DNA from: Cyanophora paradoxa CCMP329
Lineage: Eukaryota > Plantae > Glaucophyta
Direction: 5' to 3'
NCBI GenBank assembly: GCA_004431415.1
Contig: QPMI01000057.1
Span: forward strand, 87,869-151,868
Length of the DNA stretch: 64,000 nt
Positions within the stretch are counted from its first letter, which is position 1; each line of letters starts with the position of its first letter. Shown in pieces: positions 13,001-25,000 of this stretch. The position numbers and the translations under genes are program-made. The notes under the pieces are model-generated. The model was not told the DNA's origin. It did not search any database and saw only the letters and a list, made by a program, of their open reading frames with translations.

Positions 13001-16000
13001 CGGCGCGCCACGCCCCCGCAAAATCCCCGCTGCGGCCCCCGATTCGCGACGCAGGGTTCGACGTGGAGGCGCTGCCGGCAGACTTTGACGCGGCCAAAGC
13101 CCTGCGCGCTGCCGACGAGGAGCGTGCTCGTGTGCGGTGGATGATGGAGCGCGGCATCGCCCTCCTTCTTCATCTCGACCTCACCCGCGTCAAGCGGGCC
13201 GACGGAAGCGTCGACCCCAAGGCCGACGTGCGCGGCGCCATGCAATGGACCGTCGACTTCCGCGACGCGGTCGGCCTGTCGCCCCTGATGTGGTGCGCTG
13301 CCGCCACGTCGCGCGTCGCGCTCGCGCCGCCTTTTCGCGCTCCCGCTGCCTTTTCCGGCGCTGAGCGGCGGCGGCAGGGCGGCCTTCACGGACTTTGCGG
13401 ACCCGGCTGTCTACGGCCGCGAGTGCCTCGAGTGCGCAACACCCACCGCCTCCCCCCCCCCCCCCCCCCCCCCCCCCCCGCCCTTCGCCACCGCCGCTCC
13501 GCCTTAAGGACCTGCAGCCTGCTGCTCCTCTGCTCGAAGAACGCGGACATGAAACGCTTCCTCGACGCGGTGCGTGGCGCGTGACGCGCGCGCTCGGGGT
13601 CCTGCGGGGGGCGAGGCGGGTCGCAGCCGCGGGAGCACGAGATCGAGCTCGACGAGGAGAAACAACCCACATTCCAGCCAGGAGAGCCCGAGTTCCTCGG
13701 CCTCGTCGAGTACTTCGCCTCCTTCGACCCTATCGTCAACTGTCCGCCGCCAGACCCCCCCCCCCCCCCCCCCCCCCCCCTCCCTTCCCGGCCCGCCTCG
13801 CTGACCGGCCAATCGCAGACCGAAAGATCGTCCGTGTCTGCCGGCTCCCTGTCCACTGTGCTCTCCTCTTTTCCCGGGCTTTTCGCGAACGAGCGAACCA
13901 GGACGAGGCGGGCACCCGTTCCCCATGCATTTTTCCCCAGGCAGCTGGCGGGTGCCTAATGGGCGTGCAGGTGCGCAATGCGGAGTTCAGCGAGCTGGCT
14001 GACCAGGCGGTGGAGCTCGCCTTCGAGTGCGCTCGCCGTGCATATCCCTTGCCGCCCCACGTGAGACGGCCGCGCAGGCTTCTCGACGAGAAGTACCAGG
14101 AGCCAGACTTTCACGACAAGCTCCGTGACTTCTTCGAGGCGCCGCACATTGGTGCCCGCCGCCGCGCCGCGCCTGCAGCTGTCCCTTACCTCCCGCCCCG
14201 CAGTCTCCCTCGAGCACAAGCGCCTCCTTGCCGAGCGACGGGCTGCCTACTCAGCGCAGCACGGGGCATCTGCCTGCGACGATATGTTTTCCGGGCCGGC
14301 AGCCTCGAGCCGTGAGGACGAGAAGTCCGGCCTCCTTCCGTCCTCTCTGACCTCTTCTGGCCGCGGCGGCCCGGCCTCTCCGAGGGTGCTCGGGGGCCCC
14401 AACCCGGCTCTCGCTGCTGGGCCTCACGCTGCCCGCAGCCAGGGGCCGTCCGCATGCCTGCGCCAAAGCGGGAGAGCCTCATCGACATCGCGCAGTCGAT
14501 CGGATCTCGCGCTGGCAAGTGGATGGTGCGCGAGGCCGCGTGGCATTGCACGCCTGCTCCCTTCGGGGACCGCGCCGAGGCGGCACACGCAGGCGCATCC
14601 GGCAACGAAGGCGTATCTGCGGGTGAAGTGGGCTGGGGAGATGGCCCCCGGGGAGTCTACCCTCGGCTTTGTGTTTTTGCGACCCTTCGACGGGATCCTC
14701 ACGCAGTCCGCGTACTATGCGGAGGAGCGCTACAACGTGTTTGAGGGAAGCGTGCCAAACCGACCGGCCTCGTTCTTTGCCACGGCCCGTGGCAAGTTCG
14801 CCATGGAGTTCCTCTTCTATTTGTCCTTCATCGTCTTCTATACGCTTGGTGCTGCCCCTCCCCGCCCGCTGCCTGCGCCGCCGCGCGACCAACCCGTGCG
14901 GGGCTGCAGCTATTAACAATCAGACTGTCCACATGAACCTCTACGACCTGGTGCGGCCCCCGCATCGCGAGCGTGGCACAGGCATGCGAGGCAGCGGGCG
15001 CAGCTGCTCGGAATCATGGTGGCGGGCTTTGTGGCAGCCGAGGGAGGGCAGCTTATAGAGGAGCGCTTCGAGTACTTCAAGTCCCCGTTCGCCCCGCCCC
15101 CACCCCTTCTGCACCGCTTCCTCGCCCGCGGCTTCTTCCGACCCGCCACCGCCAGATGGAACCTATCTGACGTCACAATGATGGGGGTCCGTGGGTCTAC
15201 AGGCTATTTGGACTCTACCCGGGTCTCAACCGCTCGCGCCGCAGATTTTCCTTGCCTACTACCTGCTACGGACATATGCCCAGATACACGTCCGCCGGCC
15301 CCGGGATGCCCCTGCCCGCCCATCGCACCTGACACCCGCGGCAGCCGGGATGGTCATCAGCGGACTGGAACGTGATGGCGTACCGGGTGCTGGCACCGAA
15401 TGCGATTCTCCTCTGGACGCGCCTCCTAAATACCTGCGACCTACACCCCGACCTTGGCGTCAGCACCGCCCTGTCCCGCCTCTTCTCGCTTCGCCCGCTA
15501 CTTACACTGGTCGCTTGCTTCCACCCCACAGCCACTACTCGTGATCATCAAGGGGGTGTGCGAATCGAGGCGCTACTGGGCGCGCGGGGCCCTCACCATG
15601 GCTACAGATGATGACGGACTTCTTTGTGTTCATCGTGGTGCTCGCCCTGGTGCTGCTGGGCTTCGCGCAGACGATCCACGTTTTCATGGAGCCCATCCTC
15701 TCCCCCGACAACAACCTCGCACTCTCCGACTCTATGTGCGTGGTGGCCCTCGCCACCGCCTCCCCTGTCCCCCCTGGCACGGGCACCTGACGTGCTTGCA
15801 GCATCATGATGTTCCGGGCGGTCCTGGGGGGCGACTTCTACGAGCAGGTGCAAGAGGCGTTCCCTGCATGGGGTCCACTCTTCTACTTCGTTTTTGTCAT
15901 CCTCACCACTGTCATGCTCCTCAACCTCCTGATTGCCGTGCGGACCCCGTCGGTCCCTTCTCCATGCCCCCGGCCTGACGCCTCCCGTCAGCTCTTTGGT

Positions 16001-19000
16001 GGCACCTACGGCCGCATCACCGACAATGCCCGTGCGATATCCCCTCGTCCGGCTGGAGCCCTTTGGTCCGGCAGGGCCTGAGGCGGGGGTTTGGGGCGCA
16101 GAGAACGAGTTCCAGTTCGGGCGAGCGACAACTTACCTCTCGTTCGTCCAGCGCGACTACGTACCACCGCCCTTCAACCTTGTTGCCAAGGCCTTCTCCA
16201 TTGTTGGCGCCCTCCCTGTCTTCTGCTTCGGGCGCTCCTGCCGTGCTGGTGCCTGCGAGCGCCTTGGCAACCGTGTTGCGTCGATCGCCTTCCTCTTCTG
16301 CCTGGCTCCCTTCGCCGTCGTCCTCTACATCCCTGTCACCGTGTACGAGCGTCTTGCCGGTGAGAAAGCACGTGCACTCGAGGACGAGGAGGCAGCTGGC
16401 GGGGCCCGTGAGGGCGCTGCTGCGGACACAGACGCGGAGGAGGACGACTTCACAATCGTGCTGTACGAGGGTGAGGGGGAGGAGGAGGGGGAGGAGGGCT
16501 GGCAGCAGGTGCACCGCCTAAACCGCACAATGCAGCGCGAAGTGCGGAACAGCCTTGGCCTCATTGAGGCACGTCTTACGGGCCTTGAGCGCCGTGTCGA
16601 GGCCAGCAAGGATCCCCAGAAGAGCCACGCACGGCCAGCCCTTGCCGCCCCACGGATCGCCAATGACGGAACCCTGCTTGGCCCACTTGAGCCGCCGGAG
16701 CCGCCGCCACCGGAGCCGACAGAGCATGAAATTGTGCTCGGAGAACTGGCAAAGTTGCAGGGAAACCTCGACGCCTTTGTGGCTTCCCTCTCGCAGCGCT
16801 CGGAAGGGGAGATGGAGGACGTGCGCCGGCAGGTGCAGCGTGCATCCCAAATGGACGTCATCCTCGACAAGAAGCTCGCTGCCCTCACCGAGGCCGTCAC
16901 TGCACTCCTCGCGCGGGGCGAGCATCACGCCGACACAGCCCTTGCTGCAGCACGCGCAGCTATCGAGCGCCGTGTAGAGGACCGTGTTGCTGGCGTTGAG
17001 GCGACCCTTGCACAGCAGGGGGCCGAGCTTGCGCAGGCCAGCGGCGCCCTTGGTGTCAAAATCAACGGTGTGGAGCTCCGTCTGCAGCAGCGCATGCAGG
17101 AGGTCGCCACTGTGCTTGACGGCCACCTCCATGAGCGTACCCGTGTGCGTCTCTACGTCCTGTGCGGCTGTTGAACGCTTGCTGAGTCGCCTCGCTGCAG
17201 AGCCTCGAAGCTTCTCTCACCCGTCATCTCTCTGCCATTCTTGCATCCATTACTGGCACCAGCATCCTTCCCGATTCCGGCCTAGAGGCGAGCGCACAGC
17301 TTCCAAAGAGCACTGCTACCACTGGCATCACTGCCGCCGACCCCCCATCAGTGGAGCTTGAGCTCGCTGCGGCGGCGGCTGGCGTCCGAACCCTGCCCGA
17401 GGTTAAGAAGCCCCCTGCGGAGGCGGCAAAGGCAGAGACTGCTTCGGGCAAGACTGGCAGCAAGCGAAAGGGTGCTGCTGCTGGTTCCGCCGGGGGGCCC
17501 ACTCCCTTGGCTGCCGTGCTGGCCACAGCTGAGACGTATCCAGCATCTGCTGGCATCCCCGTGGCCACTTCTGCATCAACCGAGCCTCCAGCTGCAGTGC
17601 CTCGGGCCCTCTCGCGGGCTGTGTCGGCAGCATCTGGTACTGGGGCAACGCTGGAGGAGCGGTTGACAGCGCAAATATCGTTGATTGCCGCTCATGTGGC
17701 CAGTGTCGAGGAGGACACCAGGGCGAATGTAAGGGAGACACGGCGCGTCCTTGAGGACCGCCTTGCTAGCCTTGCAGCTACGCTGACTGGCGGTGCCGAG
17801 GAGGAGCATGCACAAGAGTCACCTCCGCCTGCTGCTGCGGGCTCCACTGCGGCCGCCACTGTGGTGGGCAAGTGGAAGGCAGCAGTTGGAACTTCCACTC
17901 TGGAAGACCGTCTTGCCAAGAAAATCCTTCTTGTCGCGCAGACTGTTGCCAAGAACGACGAGCAGATGAAGCAGCAGGTTGCCGAGACGACTCGCACCCT
18001 GGAGAAGCGCCTGACGGAGCTTGCATCCACGTTGACGGGCAGCATCAGCGAGACCAAGCAGGCGATCAGCGAGACCAAGCAGGAGACTGAGAAGCGCCTG
18101 TCGACAACGTCGAGTGGCATGGAGAAGAAAACGCAGGCCTTGCAGGAGTCGATGTCGGCAGCGACTTCAGGCCTGGAGTCGAAGGTGGCCATGGCGACGT
18201 CCACCCTGGAGCAGCGTTTGTCTCAGCAGATTGTTGCTGTCGCCCAGTCCATCGCGAAGACGGAGGAGCAGATGAAGCAGCAGGTTGCCGAGACGACTCG
18301 CACCATTGAGGGGCGCCTGACGGAGCTTGCGTCCACGTTGACGGGCAGCATCAGCGAGACCAAGCAGGCGATCAGCGAGACCAAGCAGGAGACTGAGAAG
18401 CGCCTGTCGACAACGTCGAGTGGCATGGAGAAGAAGACACAGGCCTTGCAGGAGTCGATGTCGGCAGCGACTTCAGGCCTGGAGTCGAAGGTGGCCATGG
18501 CGACGTCCACCCTGGAGCAGCGTTTGTCTCAGCAGATTGTTGCTGTCGCCCAGTCCATCGCGAAGACGGAGGAGCAGATGAAGCAGCAGGTTGCCGAGAC
18601 GACTCGCACCATTGAGGGGCGCCTGACGGAGCTTGCGTCCACGTTGACGGGCAGCATCAGCGAGACCAAGCAGGCGATCAGCGAGACCAAGCAGGAGACT
18701 GAGAAGCGCCTGTCGACAACGTCGAGTGGCATGGAGAAGAAGACGCAGGCCTTGCAGGAGTCGATGTCGGCAGCGACTTCAGGCCTGGAGTCGAAGGTGG
18801 CCATGGCGACGTCCACCCTGGAGCAGCGTTTGTCTCAGCAGATTGTTGCTGTCGCCCAGTCCATCGCGAAGACGGAGGAGCAACTCAAGCAGCAGGTTAC
18901 TGAGACGACTCGCACCATTGAGGGGCGCCTGACGGAGCTCGCGTCCACGTTGACGGGCAGCATCAGCGAGACCAAGCAGGCGATCAGCGAGACCAAGCAG

Positions 19001-20125
19001 GAGACTGAGAAGCGCCTGTCGACAACGTCGAGTGGCATGGAGAAGAAGACACAGGCCTTGCAGGAGTCGATGTCGGCAGCGACTTCAGGCCTGGAGTCGA
19101 AGGTGGCCATGGCGACGTCCACCCTGGAGCAGCGTTTGTCTCAGCAGATTGTTGCTGTTGCTCAGTCCGTCGCGAAGACGGAGGAGCAGATGAAGCAGCA
19201 GGTCACTGAGACGACTCGCGCTATCGAGAAGCGTCTCACGGAGCTCGCATTTGCATTGACTGGCAGCATCAGCGAGACCAAGCAGGCCATAAGCGAGTCC
19301 AAGCAGGAGACTGAGAAGCGCCTGTCGACATCGTCGAGTGGCATGGAGAAGAAGACGCAGGCCTTGCAGGAGTCAATGTCAGCAGCGACTTCAACTTTGG
19401 AGCAGCGCCTGTCCCAAGCGATCGCTGCAGTGGCAAGCTCGGTGCAGGATGCCACCTCGACTCTCAACACTGCGGTCTCACGCCTGGATGCCGAGTCTCA
19501 GCGTCGCCTTGCGGACACCACGCGGGTCAGTCTTGCCCCATTTTCATTTCTTGGGAGAAGTTTTTTGCCCATAATATCGTTGGGCAGGACATGGAAAGTC
19601 GAATTTCGAAGCAGTTAGAGGGTGTAATTGCATCGCTGGCAAGAGGAGAGGCGACACAGCAGACACGAATTGCTGCCGTGCAGGAGGCCCTTACTCGGGA
19701 GGTTCGTGCTGTGCAGGATGCCCTTGCGGACCATGCCCGTGCCGTTGCCGATGCAACTGCCCGTGGAGCCGATGCGGCCGATGCGCGCATTTCCTCGGTC
19801 CAGGCGAGCCTCTTCTCTTCTTTGCTCGGCTCATTTTTGCTCAAGTGCTTTGCAGGAGGGCCTCTCCGTGCAGCTCGCGGGTGTTGCTGGTCAGTTGGCG
19901 CAGCATGCTCAGGCAGTGGCAGCATCGCTGGCACGAGGCGATGCTGAGACTGCTGGAATGGTGGAGCAGCTCTCGGGCCTGGCCAGCATGGTGCGCGAAC
20001 AGGCGGTCCATCTCGACTTCCTCCGCGATCGAGTGGAGCAAATTGTGTGCCATGTCGTGCCTTCCCGCCCCCACTGCCTGCCAGGCTTACCTCCAGCAGG
20101 CAAAGCTGCAGTCCACACTCGATGA
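10012..20125 (+). CDS. Ankyrin-repeat TRP-family cation channel with a very long coiled-coil C-terminus; multi-exon, ends approximate
   Basis: Ankyrin repeats (LALKDHEGQNALFHA, DRDGRTPLVYAA, FGVTALQVA, NGRTALMYVA, DAVGLSPLMW); TM segments (GKFAMEFLFYLSFIVFYTL, WNLSDV, MMTDFFVFIVVLALVLLGFAQ); pore and S6 (MFRAVLG...PLFYFVFVILTTVMLLNLLIA|LFGGTYGRI); TRP-box-like ENEFQFGRA and VPPPFNLV. Confidence 0.82.
17890..19410 (+). repeat. Coding tandem repeat, 306 bp (102 aa) unit, about 5 copies
   Basis: TSTLEQRLSQQIVAVAQSIAKTEEQMKQQVAETTRTIEGRLTELASTLTGSISETKQAISETKQETEKRLSTTSSGMEKKTQALQESMSAATSGLESKVAMA is repeated; antisense ORFs recur at 18204, 18510, 18816 and 19122 (period 306). Confidence 0.95.
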
Positions 20126-20720
20126 CTACTGGGTGGCACACCCCAGCGGCGCCAGCCAGCGAACTGGTGCCCCAGGAAGCCATGTCTCTCCACAGACCAT
20201 CACTGCCCTTGTGCATATGTCCTTTTTGGTATACCCAGATCCTGCTCTTACACAACCGCTCAGATGTCCTCCATCTCAACAAGCCTTGCAGACGTGAAGG
20301 CTCAAATTGCTCTTAAGAGGGCCAGCACCCTGCCCCCTTCATCCACACCACACACAGATGCTTGAATATCATTGGCAGAGACTGTGTTCCTAACTTGACA
20401 ACTACAGTATTTGCAGCAGAGCATGTGTTCTTACCTTGACAACTACAGTCACACTCCCCACGTGGGGCCTCTGCGGGGCCTCTGTGGCTGTGTCATACCC
20501 AGTCTTGCTGGCGTGGATGTGTCTACTGCTTTCTCTCTCTCTCTCAGAGTCTCTCTCTCTCTCTCTCTACAGTATTCGCACACTGACACCACGGCATTGG
20601 GTCAAAATGTATTGACTTCTGGACTAAGTTGCAGCCACCACAGTTTAAAAATTAGATGATCCAAATCGAAGTCCGTCTGAGCCCCTTGGAACCAACCTTG
20701 ATCATAAGGTAGCGAGAGAG

Positions 20721-20820
20721 CATTTGGACACTTACTAAAAGAGCAAGTCCGGGCTACAATGACAGTGGGCCCAGCTCACCAGCGAGCTGGCCCGGGGCCG
20801 GCCGGGCCCTGCATGGCCCC
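20721..20820 (-). repeat. Repeat family A, inverted degenerate copy downstream of the TRP gene
   Basis: catttggacacttactaaaagagcaagtccgggctaca...cagcgagctggcccggggccggccgggccctg is the reverse complement of the family A end. Confidence 0.7.
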
Positions 20821-21177
20821 TACTTGATGCTAGCTTTGGATCTGGACCCGAGCAGACAGTGCGCATCAAAATGCATCTACTCTCTCAGAATCTCCCAAAA
20901 CGCATCCACTCTCTAAAGGTCCCGGGGGACAGCGAGTGGGAGGGAGGGGCAGCAGCTGCAGGTTGGAAGGGGGGAGAAGTGGGGAAAGTGTTAGCCTAGT
21001 ATGGGACCCCCGACAGCAAGCTAGTTGTAATCGCAATCGCGCTAGTTGCAATCGAAATCACATGCCACAGATGTACTGCCAGTTAGCAGGACATGTCACG
21101 TCAAGCGCAAATTAGACACTCGAAGTTGCTAGACGTGGGCCAGTGCCATCAGCTGCCCAAATCTATGCCCAAAGGGG

Positions 21178-24100
21178 TTAAATCCTGGAAAGGTTGATGC
21201 AAAATTGGGCGATCATCACCTGGAGCAGATCCGTGTTTGCGCCCTCAGTCATCAGAGCCAATGCGGTCGCACAAATGTGCGAGGCGTTGAGGCCGGCCTC
21301 CTCGTACTGATCCCGAGGGTTGCCATGTTCAATGAACTGATCCGGAATGACCATAGGGCGGAACTACGAGACCTTTGTGAGGACGATTCCCTAACAGATG
21401 AAGGGTACAGGTACCTTAAGACCAGAGTCAAGGAGGCCCTCAAGCGCCAGGAAATGCATCACTTGGGAAGAGAATCCTCCGATGGAGTTCTCCTCGACTG
21501 TAATCAGGATCTCATGCTCCATGGCCAGTTGCCGTATTAAAGCATTGTCGATGGGCTTTGCAAAGCGTGCATCGGCTACAGTCGGTTTGATGCCCGTCCG
21601 CTCCTCGATGGACTTTGCAGCGGCCTCGCATTCACTCAGCCGTGTTCCTGGTGCAGAATGTTCGCAGATGTGCACAAACGATCACAGAGATCGTCTTACC
21701 GATCGAGAGTAGTGCGACTTTACTTCCTTCCTGGATGATGCGCCCCTTCCCGATTGGAAGGACTGTACCCTTGGCAGGAAGCTCCTTGCCGGTACTGTTA
21801 CCACGCGGGAAGCGAACAGCGGATGCTTTGTCATCAATGGACGCAGCAGTCGCGACCATGTGCATCAGTTCCTGCAAAAAATCTGAATGCGGGAGATTCA
21901 CTGGGTGTCATGGAAAAAATCATGGTTCACACCACTTCATCCGAGGGCGCCATAATAACAATGTTCGGAAGAGAGCACAGGTATGTCAAATCAAAGGTTC
22001 CATGGTGAGTAGCACCATCAGCGCCCACCAGTCCAGCACGATCAAGAATGAAGCGGACAGGGAGATTCTGCAGGACCACGTCGTGCACAACCTACAGAGT
22101 GTGTGCCATCATGACCCTGAAGCTAAGTTACGAATGCGAGATAGAGAACCTGATCATAACCACGCTGCAGGAAGGTGGAGTAGATGGTACAGAATGCCTT
22201 GTAGCCTTCACAAGCCAGGCCAGCACAGAACGTCACTGCATGCTGCTCTGCAATGCCAACATCGAAGCAGCGATCGGGAAACTCCTTCGCAAAAATGTCT
22301 AGGCCAGTGCCTCCAGGCATTGCGGCAGTGATCGCAACGATGCGGCTGCAGACAGAGTGACACTTGCCACGTGAGATAAATTTCTGACCAACGCAAGAAC
22401 CGATTACCTGTCTTCTTCTGCCTCGGCAATAAGTGCCTCTGCAAATACTCGTGTGTAGCTCGGAGGGCTGTTTGCCGGAGGCTTGAACTGCTTTCCGGTC
22501 CTTGGATCGAACTTGACAACTCCATGGTATTTGTCAGAAGCAAGCTCAGCTGGACGATAGCCATGACCCTTCTCCGTGACTGTTCGATCTTCTGTAAGTG
22601 TTTGCACATTCGAAGGCTGAGGGGCTTCGACGCACTGACGTGAAGCATAACGGGCCCCTTCGATTTGCGATCCCTCAAATTTTGGAGAATAGGCACAAGA
22701 CTCGAGATGTCGTGACCATCTACACAAGAAGGGTAAGAATATGTGGGCAAACTTCCACTGAATGTTCTCACCAACAGGTCCGATGTAATAAAACCCAAGT
22801 TCCTCGAACATGGTCCCTCCGGTAAACAATCCCCGCGCGTACTCGTCCGCCTTGGCAGCGGCTTCCTGCCAGTACAGGAATTGGATGGTCGTGGGTACAG
22901 GCGCAGGGGAGTTGACCGAACCTGCAGAGGAGCAGGGAAAAGCTTTGATATGCTCTTTGCGGTGCTCCGAATTTCATCAAAAGGCGTGCTCGAGAGGATC
23001 CGGGTGAGATAGTTGCTCAGCGCGCCAACAGGGGCACTGCCGCCAGCCATGGGGGTACCCTGACTAGCAATTTAAACAGAGCTATGCAGCTCATCTGGAA
23101 GACACAAACCGTGGGAAGTGACACTTGATTGTTGTCGTTCAGAATTACGATCATGTTCGTGTCGAGGTAGCCTGCATGGTTGATTGCTTCATACACCATG
23201 CCGCCAGTCATGGCACCATCGCCGACGACCTGGAAGAGGCAGCACCATAAGAGTAAAAGGAGATCCGATGGCATGGAGCTTACGGCGATGACGTTGTTGT
23301 TATGGCCTGCGAGATCCCGCCCAACGGCCATTCCGAGGCCGGCAGAGACAGCGGTACAAGCATGGCCAGCTCCGAAAGCATCGTAGGGGCTTTCGAACCG
23401 ATTCGTGAATCCTGGGGGTGCATCAAAGAGTTGCTAGGGGATACGACGGGGCACGACACGTACCAGCCAAGCCACCGCCCTGCCGAAGAGAGCGCATGCG
23501 CTCCCTCCTTCCCGTGAGAATTTTATGCGGATAGCACTGATGACCAACGTCCCTGCGCGTCGCGGAAAGAAATAGAGAAGGTCAGCGAGGGATCCGTGAG
23601 AAGGAAGATTCGACATTGGACGCAAACCATATCAGACGGTCATGCGGAGTGTCGAACACGTGATGCAGAGCAACCGTGAGCTCTACAACACCCAGGCCAG
23701 CACCGAGGTGGCCACCTAGGAGCGCGTAAGCGCGTGCGCTCTGCGATGCGGCGCGTTGCGATGCAGCGAGTTCCAAAAAGCGAACCCGTTTTTGAAACAG
23801 CATAGATAGTCTCTTCGCGCAGCTCATTCGAAAGCTGGATTAGCTGAGGCATGGTCAAGTGCTTCATGTCCTTCGGCTGTTTAACCTTGTCTAGCAATGG
23901 CGTCTTGGGCTTCCACTCTGCACCCTCCTCGGCGCGAATATTTGTGGAAACAGACGCTGGCTGCCGGCGGGCAGGACCGTTAATTTGGCGCGCATGCTGC
24001 GGCGCGAGCGCGCGCGTGCCTGGCTCGGCACAGCAGGTCTCGGACACTGCAGCGCCCATCGCCGCGAAAGCTGCCGAGAGCCCTTGAACGTGCTCCGGAA

Positions 24101-24220
24101 AACCGCATGCGGACGCGTTTGGCGCAGAGGCACAGCCTGGGCGCCAGAGCTGTCGACGGGCAAGATTGCTGGCGCTGCTGGGAGCCCCAAAAGAGGGACG
24201 GCGAACGCTGCGGCTGCCAT
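21178..24220 (-). CDS. DXS: 1-deoxy-D-xylulose-5-phosphate synthase with plastid transit peptide, multi-exon; stop approximate
   Basis: [12 protein letters not shown]...PKTPLLDKV; [30 protein letters not shown]; [20 protein letters not shown]...ILNDN; [21 protein letters not shown]; [12 protein letters not shown]; [10 protein letters not shown]; [11 protein letters not shown]. Confidence 0.96.
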
Positions 24221-24353
24221 GCCGGCTCTCCCTGCAGAATCAGCGGCAACCTCGTACCCCAACGTTACGGGGTACTTGCATTCGACATTTTTTTCGGCAT
24301 GCCTGCGCGCTGCGCTGCGTACGACGTTGAAGTCACAATACGACCGCCACAGA

Positions 24354-25000
24354 ATGGAAGCCGCTGCTCGCGCGTGGGCTGCAGTGGATCTGCGCCCTGG
24401 AACCGCGCACGGCCCAGTTTCAGCGCGGCGGTCAGCTGGAAAGGCGCCCAAGAAGCGAGGTCGCACTTCGGGGCAAACAGTCGAGGAAGGAGAGATAGTA
24501 CAGAGTCCTGCAGTGCCTCGAATCTCATCCTCCAGCGCTAGCGCTAGCGCCAGTGGACACAATGAGAGAGAGCGAACCCGGCCAGCTTGCAAGTTCTGGC
24601 AGAATGGCGCCTGTAACAAGGTGCTCTCCTGTGTATTCTTCCTTTTCAATAGAATTGCCCGGCTAAACCAGCCTTCGAGTATTTATCTCGTTAAACGAAA
24701 GGATTGACCTGACCAATCGCCCGAAGGGCTTGGAGTGTCCTTTCGAGCATGTCGGGCAGCCAGAGAAGAAGGAAGATGTATGCAAGTTTTTTCTCTCTGG
24801 CTGCTGCCGGAAAGGCGAGCAATGCATCTTCTCGCATGATATCCTTTTTGTGAAATTCAAATTCATGTCGCCTGGCGTGGACCGTGATGCTGCTGTCAAT
24901 GACACGCAAGAAACATTCGGCGAAGGTTCCCTGCAAGTTTTTCCTCGCAGGAAGCTGTCTGAAAGGGGAGACGTGTCCTTTCTCGCATCATTCTACATGA
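24354..25000 (+). CDS. Small protein with three CCCH zinc fingers, three exons
   Basis: CKFWQNGACNK|GLECPFEH; CKFFLSGCCRKGEQCIFSH; CKFFLAGSCLKGETCPFSH. Confidence 0.8.

Noticed and set aside
17692-19470. Repeated minus-strand 95-aa ORFs (MDVAMATFDSRPE...)
   Set aside because: Antisense shadows of the 306-bp coding repeat
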